Both the position numbers and the translations under genes were made by a program. The notes beneath the pieces are model-generated. The model had not been told where the DNA came from. It was given only the letters and a program-made list of their open reading frames with translations, and ran no database searches. From positions 1-58,446 of the IMG/VR virus record IMGVR_UViG_3300025012_000101: a stretch of DNA of 58,446 nucleotides. The stretch is one strand, 5' to 3'. Positions 31,887-41,152 of this stretch are shown here, in pieces (the first letter of the stretch is position 1; every line of letters begins with the position of its first letter). The DNA is from a virus. Lineage: Duplodnaviria; Caudoviricetes.

Positions 31887-34034
31887 ATGGTCGAAGTGCC
31901 GCAGCTTACAGTTTCAGAATGGGGCGACATCCTCACTGAAATACAGCAGCAGCCTGCTTGGCGCTCGCAGGCTGACCGCGAGGCTGACTATTTCGACGGC
32001 AACCAGATCGATGCGCCAACGCTTCAGGCTATGGCCGACCTTGGCATGGCACCTATCGTAGAGAACATCATGTCGCCAACGGTTGATTCCGTGCTCGGAC
32101 TGGAAGCGCAGAACCGACTGGACTTCGTGGTGAAGGCCGAATACGACGACAAGCATGCCGAGGTTGCCGAAGCCATCAATGTGAAGGTAAATGAGGCCGA
32201 GAAGCGAAGCAAGCTCGATGCTGCTTGTACCGAGGCGTTTGCCGGGCAGGCAAAAGTTGGGCTTGGCTGGGTGCTGGTTGGCAAGGAGCACGATCCGTTC
32301 AAGTATTCACACAAAGCCGAGTTTGTTCACCGCAACGAGGTGTTCTGGGATTTTAAGTGCCGCGAGAACGATACCGACAACTACCGCTACCTTGTGCGCA
32401 GCAAGTGGTACGACGTGGATCAGCTCAAGCTGGTGTTCAAGGACAAGACGGAATTGCTTGATAGCACAGGAACTGCGTGGTCTTCGCTAGATGCCTCGTT
32501 GCTGCTGGATGGTGGCAAGAGCACCGGTTTGGCGATGGACTTCAACATCGAGCGCGGATTCACTGTCATGGAGCAGGAGTGGCGCGACACATATCGCAAG
32601 CGGCTGCGATTGTCCGAGGTATGGTATCGCCGCTGGGTGACTGGCAAGATACTGAAATCTCCTGATGGGCGCGTGGTTGAGTATGACGAGAGCAACCCGA
32701 ATCATGTTGCCGTTGTTCAATCCGGATACATTCAACCATTTGAGGCTACCTACTCCAAGGTGAGATTAAGCTGGTGGGTCGGCTGCCACTGCCTGGCCGA
32801 CATCGAAAACCCGTACAAACACGGGAAGATTCCATACGTACCGTTCTTCGGCAAGCGCGAGGACATGACCGGCATCCCTTACGGTCTTGGAAGGCCGATG
32901 ATCCCGATGCAGGACGAGGTGAACGCGCGCAACACGAAGATGATCTGGTTGCTGGCAGCCAAGCGCGTGACCATGACCAAAGGTGTGGCCGATGTCGAGC
33001 AAGTGCGCTCAGAAGCGGCGCGGCCTGATGCCGTGCATGTGCTGGACGCCGAAAAGATGCGCCAAGGCGGCGTATTCAAGGTTGAGACTGATTTCGAGTT
33101 AAACGCCCAGCAGTATCAGGCGCTGGTGGATAAGCGCCAAGCGATCAAGAATGTGGCTGGTGTTTACGCGGCATTCGAGGGTAAAAACAGCAGCGCAAAC
33201 TCTGGCCGTGCCATTGATTCGCTGGTTAATCAGACTACCCAGACGCTTGCAGTGATCTACGACAACCAGCGCCAAGCGCGCTCGCTATGCGGTGAATTGC
33301 TGATGTCGAACATCATTCAGGAGATGGGCGATATAGAGCATGTCGTGACAATCGACGATGGCGCGGGCTCGAATCCGAAATCCGTTGTGCTTAACCAGCG
33401 CACCACTGAAGGGATGAACAACGACGTGCAGCGTGCAATGTTGAGGCTGTCGCTGTCGAGTATCCCGTCAACACCGAGCTACCGCCAGCAGCAGTCTTCC
33501 GGGTTCGCAGAGATTCTGAAGTCTCTGCCGCCGGAAATGCAGGCGCAACTGATGGATTTCTACCTGCTGTCCACCGACTTCAAGGATAAAGAAAAGGCCG
33601 TCGTGCGCATCCGCAAGATAATCGGCGTTGTTGATGGCGAGTCGGAAGACCCGAAAACAATCCAGCTCAAGCAGCAGTTGCAGGAATTGCAGGCGCAACT
33701 TGAGGCAGCATTGCATGGGAACCAGCAGGCGCAGGCCGCACTGGATGACAAGAGCAAGGAGTTTGAGCTGAAGAGCCGCGAACTGGACATCAAGGAGAAC
33801 ACCGGCGCTTTGCAGGCGCGCATTGATGCAGAGCATGTCGTGCTCAAGCGCGAACAGTCTGGCGGTCAGCAAGTGGAGCTAGATAACGAGTCCGCTGAGA
33901 TCGATGCCATTGTGGAAAAGGTCACGGCCCGCATCAATCCGGCTATGCAGCAAATCCTAACCATGCTTGCAGAGATGCGTAATGAGGATGCCAAAGAGGA
34001 CAAGATCGAGGCGCAACCAATAGAAATCCAATAA
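31887..34034 (+). CDS. Portal protein (P22/933W-like)
   Basis: 715 aa after terL; DYFDGNQ, PYVPFFG-RED-TG-PYGL and QDEVN; coiled-coil C-terminal barrel. Confidence 0.9.
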   Translation: MVEVPQLTVSEWGDILTEIQQQPAWRSQADREADYFDGNQIDAPTLQAMADLGMAPIVENIMSPTVDSVLGLEAQNRLDFVVKAEYDDKHAEVAEAINVKVNEAEKRSKLDAACTEAFAGQAKVGLGWVLVGKEHDPFKYSHKAEFVHRNEVFWDFKCRENDTDNYRYLVRSKWYDVDQLKLVFKDKTELLDSTGTAWSSLDASLLLDGGKSTGLAMDFNIERGFTVMEQEWRDTYRKRLRLSEVWYRRWVTGKILKSPDGRVVEYDESNPNHVAVVQSGYIQPFEATYSKVRLSWWVGCHCLADIENPYKHGKIPYVPFFGKREDMTGIPYGLGRPMIPMQDEVNARNTKMIWLLAAKRVTMTKGVADVEQVRSEAARPDAVHVLDAEKMRQGGVFKVETDFELNAQQYQALVDKRQAIKNVAGVYAAFEGKNSSANSGRAIDSLVNQTTQTLAVIYDNQRQARSLCGELLMSNIIQEMGDIEHVVTIDDGAGSNPKSVVLNQRTTEGMNNDVQRAMLRLSLSSIPSTPSYRQQQSSGFAEILKSLPPEMQAQLMDFYLLSTDFKDKEKAVVRIRKIIGVVDGESEDPKTIQLKQQLQELQAQLEAALHGNQQAQAALDDKSKEFELKSRELDIKENTGALQARIDAEHVVLKREQSGGQQVELDNESAEIDAIVEKVTARINPAMQQILTMLAEMRNEDAKEDKIEAQPIEIQ

Positions 34035-34053
34035 AAACATAGTTTTGTAGCAC

Positions 34054-34159
34054 CCGCAGCCCAGCGATACGGGCAACCCCGACCGGCTTAATACCGGTTT
34101 TTTTACGCCCACCGCAAGGTGGTTTTGATTACTTCCTTACCGCAGCCCAGCGATACGGG
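34054..34159 (+). repeat. 20-bp direct repeat CCGCAGCCCAGCGATACGGG (34054-34073, 34140-34159) flanking a terminator
   Basis: Two exact copies; ACCGG-CTTAATA-CCGGT-TTTTTT at 34082-34104 lies between them. Confidence 0.85.
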
Positions 34160-34187
34160 TTCTGGTTATCCAGATAGGAGAAAAGCG

Positions 34188-35138
34188 ATGTCGGAACATA
34201 AAGACGCAGCATTTTACTTGGCCAACCCAGATGAACTCGCAGGATTGTCTGCGGATGAGCTGGAGGCGCTTGCCTACCCAGGAGAAGCAACAGGTGCAGC
34301 ACAGGACGACACGGCGCAAGCCGATCCCGCTCCGTCCGGCGATGCAGTTGCAACAAAGGAAGCAGGCGAACAACCACAACCAGATGCGATTCTGGCGCGC
34401 GACGGGAAGCATTTGATCCCAATATCCGTGCTGGATGCCGCACGCAAAGACGCAACCAATGCGCAGGCAGCGGCTAATACCGAGGCTGAAGCAAGGGTGG
34501 CGGCAGAGCAGCGCTTGGCTGAGTTGCAGGCAAAAGTAGATGCAATGCAGAGCGGAGACGGCAAGGCTGTCGAAGGAGTTTCTGTGCTATCTGCGGAAGA
34601 ACTTGCGCAGATGGAAGAGGACTTCCCGACACTGGCCAAAGGTTTCCAGGTGATGCAGGCAGAAATTGCACGACTGCAAGCATTGTCTGCCAGGCAGGAA
34701 ACAGCAAAGCAGGAAACAGAGATCGATACTGTGGCTCGTACAGTGCAGGACTTGATCGACTCCAACCCGAAGCTGTCTCATCTGCAAACAACTGACCCGA
34801 CCGGATGGGCAAAGGCTGTCGCCATCGACGATGGGTTGCGAGCGGCAATGCCGGGCACAGACATGGCATCCCGCTTCAACGCTGTCGTAGCGGCATACGA
34901 GGCGCAGTACGGGGCTGTTGTTGCACCAGCTAAAACCGAAACGACATCGCAAGAAACACATAAACAACCAGTAAAGAATCAGAACGTGCCGCTCTCAATG
35001 TCGCAAATCCCCGGTGGAACTCCGCCGGCTGTCAGCGAGGCCGCCGCACTGCTTGCAATGAACGGAACGCAAGCATTGGCGCACTTCGATGGCATGACCA
35101 AGGAGCAGATCGAACGTCAGCTTGATTCGATGCTATAG
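34188..35138 (+). CDS. Capsid scaffolding protein
   Basis: Acidic, Ala-rich coiled coil between portal and capsid; ILARDGKHLIP; AGGAG RBS. Confidence 0.78.
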   Translation: MSEHKDAAFYLANPDELAGLSADELEALAYPGEATGAAQDDTAQADPAPSGDAVATKEAGEQPQPDAILARDGKHLIPISVLDAARKDATNAQAAANTEAEARVAAEQRLAELQAKVDAMQSGDGKAVEGVSVLSAEELAQMEEDFPTLAKGFQVMQAEIARLQALSARQETAKQETEIDTVARTVQDLIDSNPKLSHLQTTDPTGWAKAVAIDDGLRAAMPGTDMASRFNAVVAAYEAQYGAVVAPAKTETTSQETHKQPVKNQNVPLSMSQIPGGTPPAVSEAAALLAMNGTQALAHFDGMTKEQIERQLDSML

Positions 35139-35162
35139 AGAAATCTCTTAAACCGAAACCAG

Positions 35163-35183
35163 ACCGCCTTTTGGCGGTTTTTT
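35163..35183 (+). terminator. Terminator/attenuator before the capsid gene
   Basis: ACCGCC-TTTT-GGCGGT-TTTTT. Confidence 0.7.
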
Positions 35184-35206
35184 CATTTCTAAAAAGGAAA
35201 TAAGTC

Positions 35207-36487
35207 ATGGGTACAAATATCGCAAGTGGTGCCGCACAAACGGGCGCAATCGTCGGCGCAGCCTTATTCGCGCAGGCACAGAAAACTACTGGCACGTTCC
35301 GAAATCTGGTCGGGCCAACCCCTTCGATGTCGGAAATCGAAGGCAAGTTGGGCAAGCAGCAATCCAGCGCGGCAATGCCTATCGTTGAAGTTAAAGACCT
35401 CACCAAAGCAGCCAGCGACACCGTGCGCGTGGATTGCGTGGACGTGGTTGTTACCGAGCCAATCATGGGCAGCCGCAACGCGGAAGGCAAGGGCGCGCCA
35501 ATGTCCTTCTCCAGCTTCGACACCAAAGTTGACCAGTACACATTCCCGGTGAGCGCTGGCAACAATATGTCGCAGCAACGCACTCCGCACAACCTGCGGC
35601 GCTTGGCTCGCGCTCAAGCAGTTGGTTTGATGAGCAAGTATTTCGAGCTGACCAGTCTGGTGCATTTGGCCGGTTCGCGTGGTCAGGCTACTGGTGGCGA
35701 TTGGGGCATCATCCCGTTGCAGACCGCTGACAACTTTGCGGAAGTCATGGTGAATCCGGTTAAGGCTCCGACCTACAACCGTCACTTCGTCGTGAGTGGT
35801 GCAAACATCGTTCAGGGCGGGGCGCAGTTGGCCTCTATCGCCTCGACCGACCTTCTGAAGCTGTCCCACCTCGACCAGTTGCGCAACGTTATCGACAACC
35901 TCGATCTGTCCTTGCAGTCGGTCAAGATTGCTGATGACCCTGCCGCAAACGACGAACCGATGTGGGTAATGTACGCCCCGTCCAATGTGTACTCGTCGCT
36001 TTTGCAAGAGGGTTCGCTGCGCGCCTTCCAGCAGCACGCCATCAACCGTGCATCGTTCGGCAGCAAGCATCCGCTGTTCCGTGGCGAGTGCGGCATGTGG
36101 AACGGCATCTTGGTTAAGAAATTGCCGCGCGCCATCCGCTTTGGAGCAGGCACTACCACCAAGCACATCACTTCCGCCAACGCAGCAGCCGGTACGGAAA
36201 CCGATGTGACCATCACTGCCGGCCTGACCGCAGGCTACGCAGTGGAGCGCTGTATCTTGTTGGGTGCGCAGGCATTAACGCAGGCTTACGGCAACAACAA
36301 TAACAGCGGCACGCCGTACACCTGGGCTGAGAAGCTGCACAACTTCGAGCGCGACCCCGAGTTCGCAGTGTTCGGCGTTGGCGGTCAAGCCAAGGTGCGT
36401 TTCGATGTCAAGGACTCCACCGGTGCCAAAATCCCCACGGATCACGGCGTCATCGTCCTGGACGTGGCGGCCAAGCAGTCCGTGTAA
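35207..36487 (+). CDS. Major capsid protein (N4-gp56/DUF4043 family)
   Basis: DLTKAASDTV, MSQQRTPHNLR, VHLAGSRG, HPLFRGECGMWNGILVKK and DHGVIVLD. Confidence 0.9.
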   Translation: MGTNIASGAAQTGAIVGAALFAQAQKTTGTFRNLVGPTPSMSEIEGKLGKQQSSAAMPIVEVKDLTKAASDTVRVDCVDVVVTEPIMGSRNAEGKGAPMSFSSFDTKVDQYTFPVSAGNNMSQQRTPHNLRRLARAQAVGLMSKYFELTSLVHLAGSRGQATGGDWGIIPLQTADNFAEVMVNPVKAPTYNRHFVVSGANIVQGGAQLASIASTDLLKLSHLDQLRNVIDNLDLSLQSVKIADDPAANDEPMWVMYAPSNVYSSLLQEGSLRAFQQHAINRASFGSKHPLFRGECGMWNGILVKKLPRAIRFGAGTTTKHITSANAAAGTETDVTITAGLTAGYAVERCILLGAQALTQAYGNNNNSGTPYTWAEKLHNFERDPEFAVFGVGGQAKVRFDVKDSTGAKIPTDHGVIVLDVAAKQSV

Positions 36488-36496
36488 CGACGAGTA

Positions 36497-36527
36497 GTCG
36501 GCCTCTTGAGTGAGGCCGACGCTTTTT
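36497..36527 (+). terminator. Hairpin/terminator after the capsid gene
   Basis: GTCGGCCTC-TTGAGT-GAGGCCGAC followed by GCTTTTT. Confidence 0.65.
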
Positions 36528-36558
36528 ATTCGCAACACCTTCTATAAGGAATTGAAAA

Positions 36559-37005
36559 ATGGGTACTCATAACTCTGGTAACACAAAGCCGGTTCATGCT
36601 GCCGAATACGGTAACGCGGTCAAGTTCCACGACCAAATCACTACCGTTGCAGGCGATGCCGCAGCTGCGTCCATCATCCATCTGGTCAAGGTTGCAGCCG
36701 GAACCGAAGTTGACCGCGTTGTGGTCAAGAACACCGATCTGGACACCAACGGCACTCCGGCGATGACCGCCAAGATCGGATTCGCGCCGATTGACGGCTC
36801 TGCCGCCGTAACCGGTGCCGATACCGCAATCGCTGCTGATGGCGTATTCGGCCAAGCTGCGGCAACGACCACCTATGAAATCTTCCCGCCGTATCTGGTC
36901 GAGGTTGATTCGTGGCTGGCCATCGTGGTCGGTACTGCTGCCGCTACCGCAGCGGCAGGCACGATCAATGCGAAGGTCGAAGGCATCGCCAAGGGCGTTC
37001 GTTAA
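36559..37005 (+). CDS. Capsid decoration/cement-like protein
   Basis: Beta-rich 148 aa directly after the major capsid gene; DLDTNGTP. Confidence 0.65.
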   Translation: MGTHNSGNTKPVHAAEYGNAVKFHDQITTVAGDAAAASIIHLVKVAAGTEVDRVVVKNTDLDTNGTPAMTAKIGFAPIDGSAAVTGADTAIAADGVFGQAAATTTYEIFPPYLVEVDSWLAIVVGTAAATAAAGTINAKVEGIAKGVR

Positions 37006-37066
37006 GCCGTAGCAAAACCACAACAGGGCGGCTTCGGTCGCCCTGTTCCATATTTAGGAGGCCGCA

Positions 37067-37846
37067 ATGGCAAAGATGATCGGAGTCCGCTACATCGGGC
37101 TTAAAGAAGAAGTAGAGGACACGGTAACCAACAGTGGTGCCATATGGAAACAGGGCCAGATTCACAACTTCTCGGATACTATCGCGCGCCAGTTGCTTGT
37201 GCATACCGACTCGTTTGAGGAAGTGAAGCCGGAAGTGTCAGGCGGCAACTTTCTGAGCGGCAAGGTCGGCGGTAAGATCATCGAAGCTGCCTCATACGTC
37301 AATCTAAACGCAATGGGCGTGGATCAATTGCTCCACTATGCCCATGTCGAATTCAACAGAATCATCAATCCATCCGGCAAGACTGAAGGCGAGCTGCGCG
37401 GCGAAGTGCAGACGATGATGACCATGGCGACACTGGACGAAGTTCGCCGTGATGGCGAAGTTGTATGCGAAGAGCCGCGCTTTAAGGCGTTCGTCTCTGT
37501 AACGCAGGCGGAATTGGACGCACTCAATTCTGGCGAACTCACGGTTAAGCTGGTTCCGTTCGTGCCGGAAGAGGTCGCTGGACTGGTTACGGATCAAGTT
37601 GTCCAAGAAGGCGCTGGAAATGTGGATATACAACCCGTAAACGCCGGGCCTTCTGTACCTACAGAAGGTGCAGGCTTAAGCGATGCTGCTGGCAAGTCAG
37701 CCATACCGACGGCGGAAGAAATCACTGCCATGAACAAGGCGCAGTTGCTGGCGATCGGCTCATCCCAAGGTATTTCGCTAAACGACTCTGCGCCCGCTGT
37801 CACGCTACGCAAGCAGTTGATCGAAGCGCTGCACCCAACTGTTTAA
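37067..37846 (+). CDS. Virion morphogenesis hypothetical protein
   Basis: Strong AGGAGG RBS; VRYIG-KE---D N-terminus; small helical C-terminal domain. Confidence 0.65.
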   Translation: MAKMIGVRYIGLKEEVEDTVTNSGAIWKQGQIHNFSDTIARQLLVHTDSFEEVKPEVSGGNFLSGKVGGKIIEAASYVNLNAMGVDQLLHYAHVEFNRIINPSGKTEGELRGEVQTMMTMATLDEVRRDGEVVCEEPRFKAFVSVTQAELDALNSGELTVKLVPFVPEEVAGLVTDQVVQEGAGNVDIQPVNAGPSVPTEGAGLSDAAGKSAIPTAEEITAMNKAQLLAIGSSQGISLNDSAPAVTLRKQLIEALHPTV

Positions 37847-37858
37847 CAAGGGGCTGAC

Positions 37859-38530
37859 ATGCTCGTTTCCGTTGTTATTGGCCGCGCCGGTACGATTTTG
37901 CAAGATGCGACTGGCGTGCGCTGGCCGGAAGCCGAGTTGGTTGGTTGGCTGAACGATGGCCAGCGCGAGGTCGTGCAGGTTCGCCACGACGCATCTGTAT
38001 CCAATGGGGCAATTACTCTGATAGCTAACAGCGCAAAGCAGACATTGCCTGCTGGTTCGATTGCACTGCTTGGAATCAGCCGCAATCTTGGCACCGATGG
38101 GCTTACTCCAGGTGCGCCAATCAAGCTGACGAAACGCGAGTATCTGGATGCGCTGGTTCCGACATGGCATACCGATGCCGGGCAGGCGGCTATCAAGCAC
38201 TACTGCAATGACGTGCTTGATCCAAAGCACTTCTATGTTTATCCGCGCCCTCATGCGACAACTGCGGTGCAGGTAGAGGCTCTGCTGTGCGTGCTTCCTG
38301 CGGATTGTGCGCTGCCAAGTGCAACGCCGAGTGCAGCACTTACGCTGGCTGATGAATATGCGAATTCCTTGGTTGATTACATCTTGTACCGCGCATTCAG
38401 CAAGGACACTGAAGCCGCGAGCGCGCAACGTGCATCTGATCACTACGCCTTGTTTATGACATCGCTTGGCGTAAAAACAAAGTCTGATGTAGCGACAAAC
38501 CCTAACACCAAGACAGGAGCGCCTGCGTAA
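37859..38530 (+). CDS. Head-tail adaptor (DUF6682-like)
   Basis: LQD--VRWPEAELVGWLNDGQR, FYVYP and LVDYILYRAFSKD. Confidence 0.75.
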   Translation: MLVSVVIGRAGTILQDATGVRWPEAELVGWLNDGQREVVQVRHDASVSNGAITLIANSAKQTLPAGSIALLGISRNLGTDGLTPGAPIKLTKREYLDALVPTWHTDAGQAAIKHYCNDVLDPKHFYVYPRPHATTAVQVEALLCVLPADCALPSATPSAALTLADEYANSLVDYILYRAFSKDTEAASAQRASDHYALFMTSLGVKTKSDVATNPNTKTGAPA

Positions 38531-39192
38531 TGGCTACGACACAATTTAGCGCATTTCTGCCAAGTATCCTGATCGATGTTCTTGGCTGTCCGGATATTCT
38601 GGTAGAGCGAGAAGTTCGTAATTCGGCAATCGACTTCTGCCGTAGATCACAGGCTTGGCGTGTGCAGCTTGACCCGATTTCGGTGGTAGCCAATGTCGAT
38701 ACTTACGACATTGACCAATACGGCACGGTTGTCGAAAAAATCATTGATGTGTTCTACACCGGCATTCAGCTAACGCCAAAAACGTATGGTGAGATCAACG
38801 CGCAGCGCAAACTCGCAATCTCAATTGCACTAGGCACGACATTGGACGGCGTGCTACCAGCGGTCAAATTCTTTGCACAGCAAAATCCATCACAAATCGT
38901 TTTGTATGGGATGCCTGATGCCAGCTATGTGGATGGCCTGTTGATAGACGCCGTGCTTGTGCCAACTCGCACTTCAACCGGCATGGATAGTGTAATTGCA
39001 GATCGCTATTGGGATGCGATTGTGCATGGGGCAAAGCATCGACTGATGATTGTGCCAAGCAAGCCATGGACAGACGCCAATCTTGCAGCGTGGCACAAGA
39101 CACAGATGGATAACTTGGTTGATAGCGCAGGCATCGAAGCCGTCCGCGGTTTCAATAATGCGCCGATCAGAACCAAGACATATTTGAGGTAA
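38530..39192 (+). CDS. Second adaptor/tail-tubular-A-like protein
   Basis: VLGCP...SAIDFCRRS and AIVHGAK-RLM-VP-KPW. Confidence 0.7.
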   Translation: MATTQFSAFLPSILIDVLGCPDILVEREVRNSAIDFCRRSQAWRVQLDPISVVANVDTYDIDQYGTVVEKIIDVFYTGIQLTPKTYGEINAQRKLAISIALGTTLDGVLPAVKFFAQQNPSQIVLYGMPDASYVDGLLIDAVLVPTRTSTGMDSVIADRYWDAIVHGAKHRLMIVPSKPWTDANLAAWHKTQMDNLVDSAGIEAVRGFNNAPIRTKTYLR

Positions 39193-39260
39193 TTATTCGC
39201 ACCACCAGCTACTCGAAGTAAAGGTTTCACGCATTCCCTGGCGTTACAGGGCGCAACCGC

Positions 39261-39284
39261 AACCCGCTCTAAGTGGGTTTTTTT
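39261..39284 (+). terminator. Rho-independent terminator
   Basis: AACCCGC-TCTAA-GTGGGTT-TTTTT. Confidence 0.7.
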
Positions 39285-39310
39285 ACGTCCCAACTATAGG
39301 AGATTCAATC

Positions 39311-39709
39311 ATGCCAGGTGCATTTTCAAACTACATGGAAGCAAAGATCGTTGACGCATTCCTGCGCAACACGCCCTACACCCCAGCTGCCACCGTCTAT
39401 CTGGCGTTGTTCGAGTCAGACCCCGGCGAAGATACAGGCGGCACGGAAACGGCATTCACCAACTATGCACGTCAGGCTGTGGCATGGACGGCGCTTGATG
39501 GAGCAGGGCAGACTAAGAACTCCGCTCTGGTAACCTTCCCAGCCAACGGCAACGCCTCAGCTTCTGCGACCATCACCCACATCGGCATCTATGACGCTGC
39601 CACCACCGGCAACCGCTTGTTGTATGCCGCGCTGACCGCGCCAAAAACATTGGCTCCCGGCGACGTTCTGGCCTTCGCCGCCAATGCGTGTGTGTTCACG
39701 CTGGACTAA
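39311..39709 (+). CDS. Small tail-fibre-associated structural protein
   Basis: FSNYMEAK, VYLALF--DP, YARQAV and THIGIYDAATTGN-L. Confidence 0.7.
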   Translation: MPGAFSNYMEAKIVDAFLRNTPYTPAATVYLALFESDPGEDTGGTETAFTNYARQAVAWTALDGAGQTKNSALVTFPANGNASASATITHIGIYDAATTGNRLLYAALTAPKTLAPGDVLAFAANACVFTLD

Positions 39710-39713
39710 ATAG

Positions 39714-40877
39714 ATGTTGCTTAACGGCTTCGCGCTCAACAGGGCGGCGCTTAACGGCGCTGCACTGCTGGCGATCCTGTATGGAGGGGTATCGGGTACT
39801 GCTGGCGCGACAGGATCTCCTGTGGCGACAAAGACGCAGTATGCGCATGTAGCGGCCAACTCTGGAGTGGTGGTAACGCTCGAAGCTTATGAAAAAGACT
39901 ATGGGTTTACAGTCGGCTCTGCTGGCGCAGTATCGCTTGTAACGTCAACACAAAGCCATTCAGCAAAATCAGCGCTGAGCGCTGGCGCAACTGGCATTGC
40001 GTTCGTTTACAACGCTCGCTTTGCTTACGCTGGAGGCGACTGTTCCGCCACTGGCTACGCGCTGCCAAATAGTAAGCTGGCTGATGTGGCGGCCAGTAGT
40101 GGCGTTTCAGGAAGCTTTATTTCAACGCTTAACCAGCATGCCAAATCCAGTGTGTCAGGAACGGCGGCAGGCACGGCGGAAGGGGTAAAGACACAGCATC
40201 CAGCAGTGACAACGGCACCAGGCTGCGCAGGGTATGCGGATTGGCAGTACAAGGCATCAGGCGGAAGCACTTGGCTGCACGATGGTCACGCTTGGGCAAG
40301 CGCAGGCGGCATTCTTGCGGTGGACGAAACCAAGTACAAGGTTGTCATCGGGGATGGCTTAATTGCCACGGCGGAAGCTTCTGTTGTTGCGCGTGCGTAT
40401 GTCGAGTGTCGCGCAAGATCATCTACATCCTGCAACGCAACAGCCACATCAGAAGCAATCAGAACTGCCTACGCAACAATGGCAGGTACGGTTGGGTGCG
40501 CGAATGTGTCAGTGGCAACCTACAACCACATGGCAAGTGTGGCGGGTGCGTGTGGCGTGCTTTACACACAGCAACCGAACTTTGTCACTGTTGCAGGTAC
40601 TGGCAGCGCAGAGGGAATCGGAATTGCGTCCGCGCAGATCAACGGGATGATTGTCAAATTTGCAGGCAGTGCAGTGCCATGCGGCGCGACTGGGTTAGCA
40701 GCCCCTTATGTTCTTAAATTTGGCGCATTCAGCGTTTCCGCTTCCGTCTCCGTAACGGCGAATGCCTTTGGTAATGCCGGTGTTCACGCCACCACAGATA
40801 GAACCATGACCGTGCCAGCAGAAAATCGCGGCATGGCCGTGCCATTTGATGATCGAATTATGAGGTTAACCGCATGA
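39714..40877 (+). CDS. Ala/Gly/Ser/Thr-rich fibre-like structural protein
   Basis: LNGFALN-AALNG N-terminal repeats; low-complexity repeats. Confidence 0.65.
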   Translation: MLLNGFALNRAALNGAALLAILYGGVSGTAGATGSPVATKTQYAHVAANSGVVVTLEAYEKDYGFTVGSAGAVSLVTSTQSHSAKSALSAGATGIAFVYNARFAYAGGDCSATGYALPNSKLADVAASSGVSGSFISTLNQHAKSSVSGTAAGTAEGVKTQHPAVTTAPGCAGYADWQYKASGGSTWLHDGHAWASAGGILAVDETKYKVVIGDGLIATAEASVVARAYVECRARSSTSCNATATSEAIRTAYATMAGTVGCANVSVATYNHMASVAGACGVLYTQQPNFVTVAGTGSAEGIGIASAQINGMIVKFAGSAVPCGATGLAAPYVLKFGAFSVSASVSVTANAFGNAGVHATTDRTMTVPAENRGMAVPFDDRIMRLTA

Positions 40878-41149
40878 TACTCGGAACATTTACCAAGCAA
40901 CCGGCGGATAAGTTTGATTATGACATCGACTACACGGACTGGCTGACATCAGGCGACAACGTACAGGGCGCAATAGTCTCAGGAGATGCCGGAATTACGA
41001 TTGATTCGACCTTTATCAATGATCCGCGCATCAAGATTTGGCTGTCCGGCGGCACGGCTGGAGCAACCTATAAAGTGACCTGCACCATGACCAGCTCAGA
41101 CGGCAGAGTGCGTCAGGACGAATTTAAGATTCGCATCAAGGAGTATTGA
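40874..41149 (+). CDS. Fibre-tail adaptor-like small protein
   Basis: FTKQPAD-FDYDIDYTDWL...IWLSGGTAG-TYKVT...GR. Confidence 0.7.
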   Translation: MILGTFTKQPADKFDYDIDYTDWLTSGDNVQGAIVSGDAGITIDSTFINDPRIKIWLSGGTAGATYKVTCTMTSSDGRVRQDEFKIRIKEY

Positions 41150-41152
41150 TAG

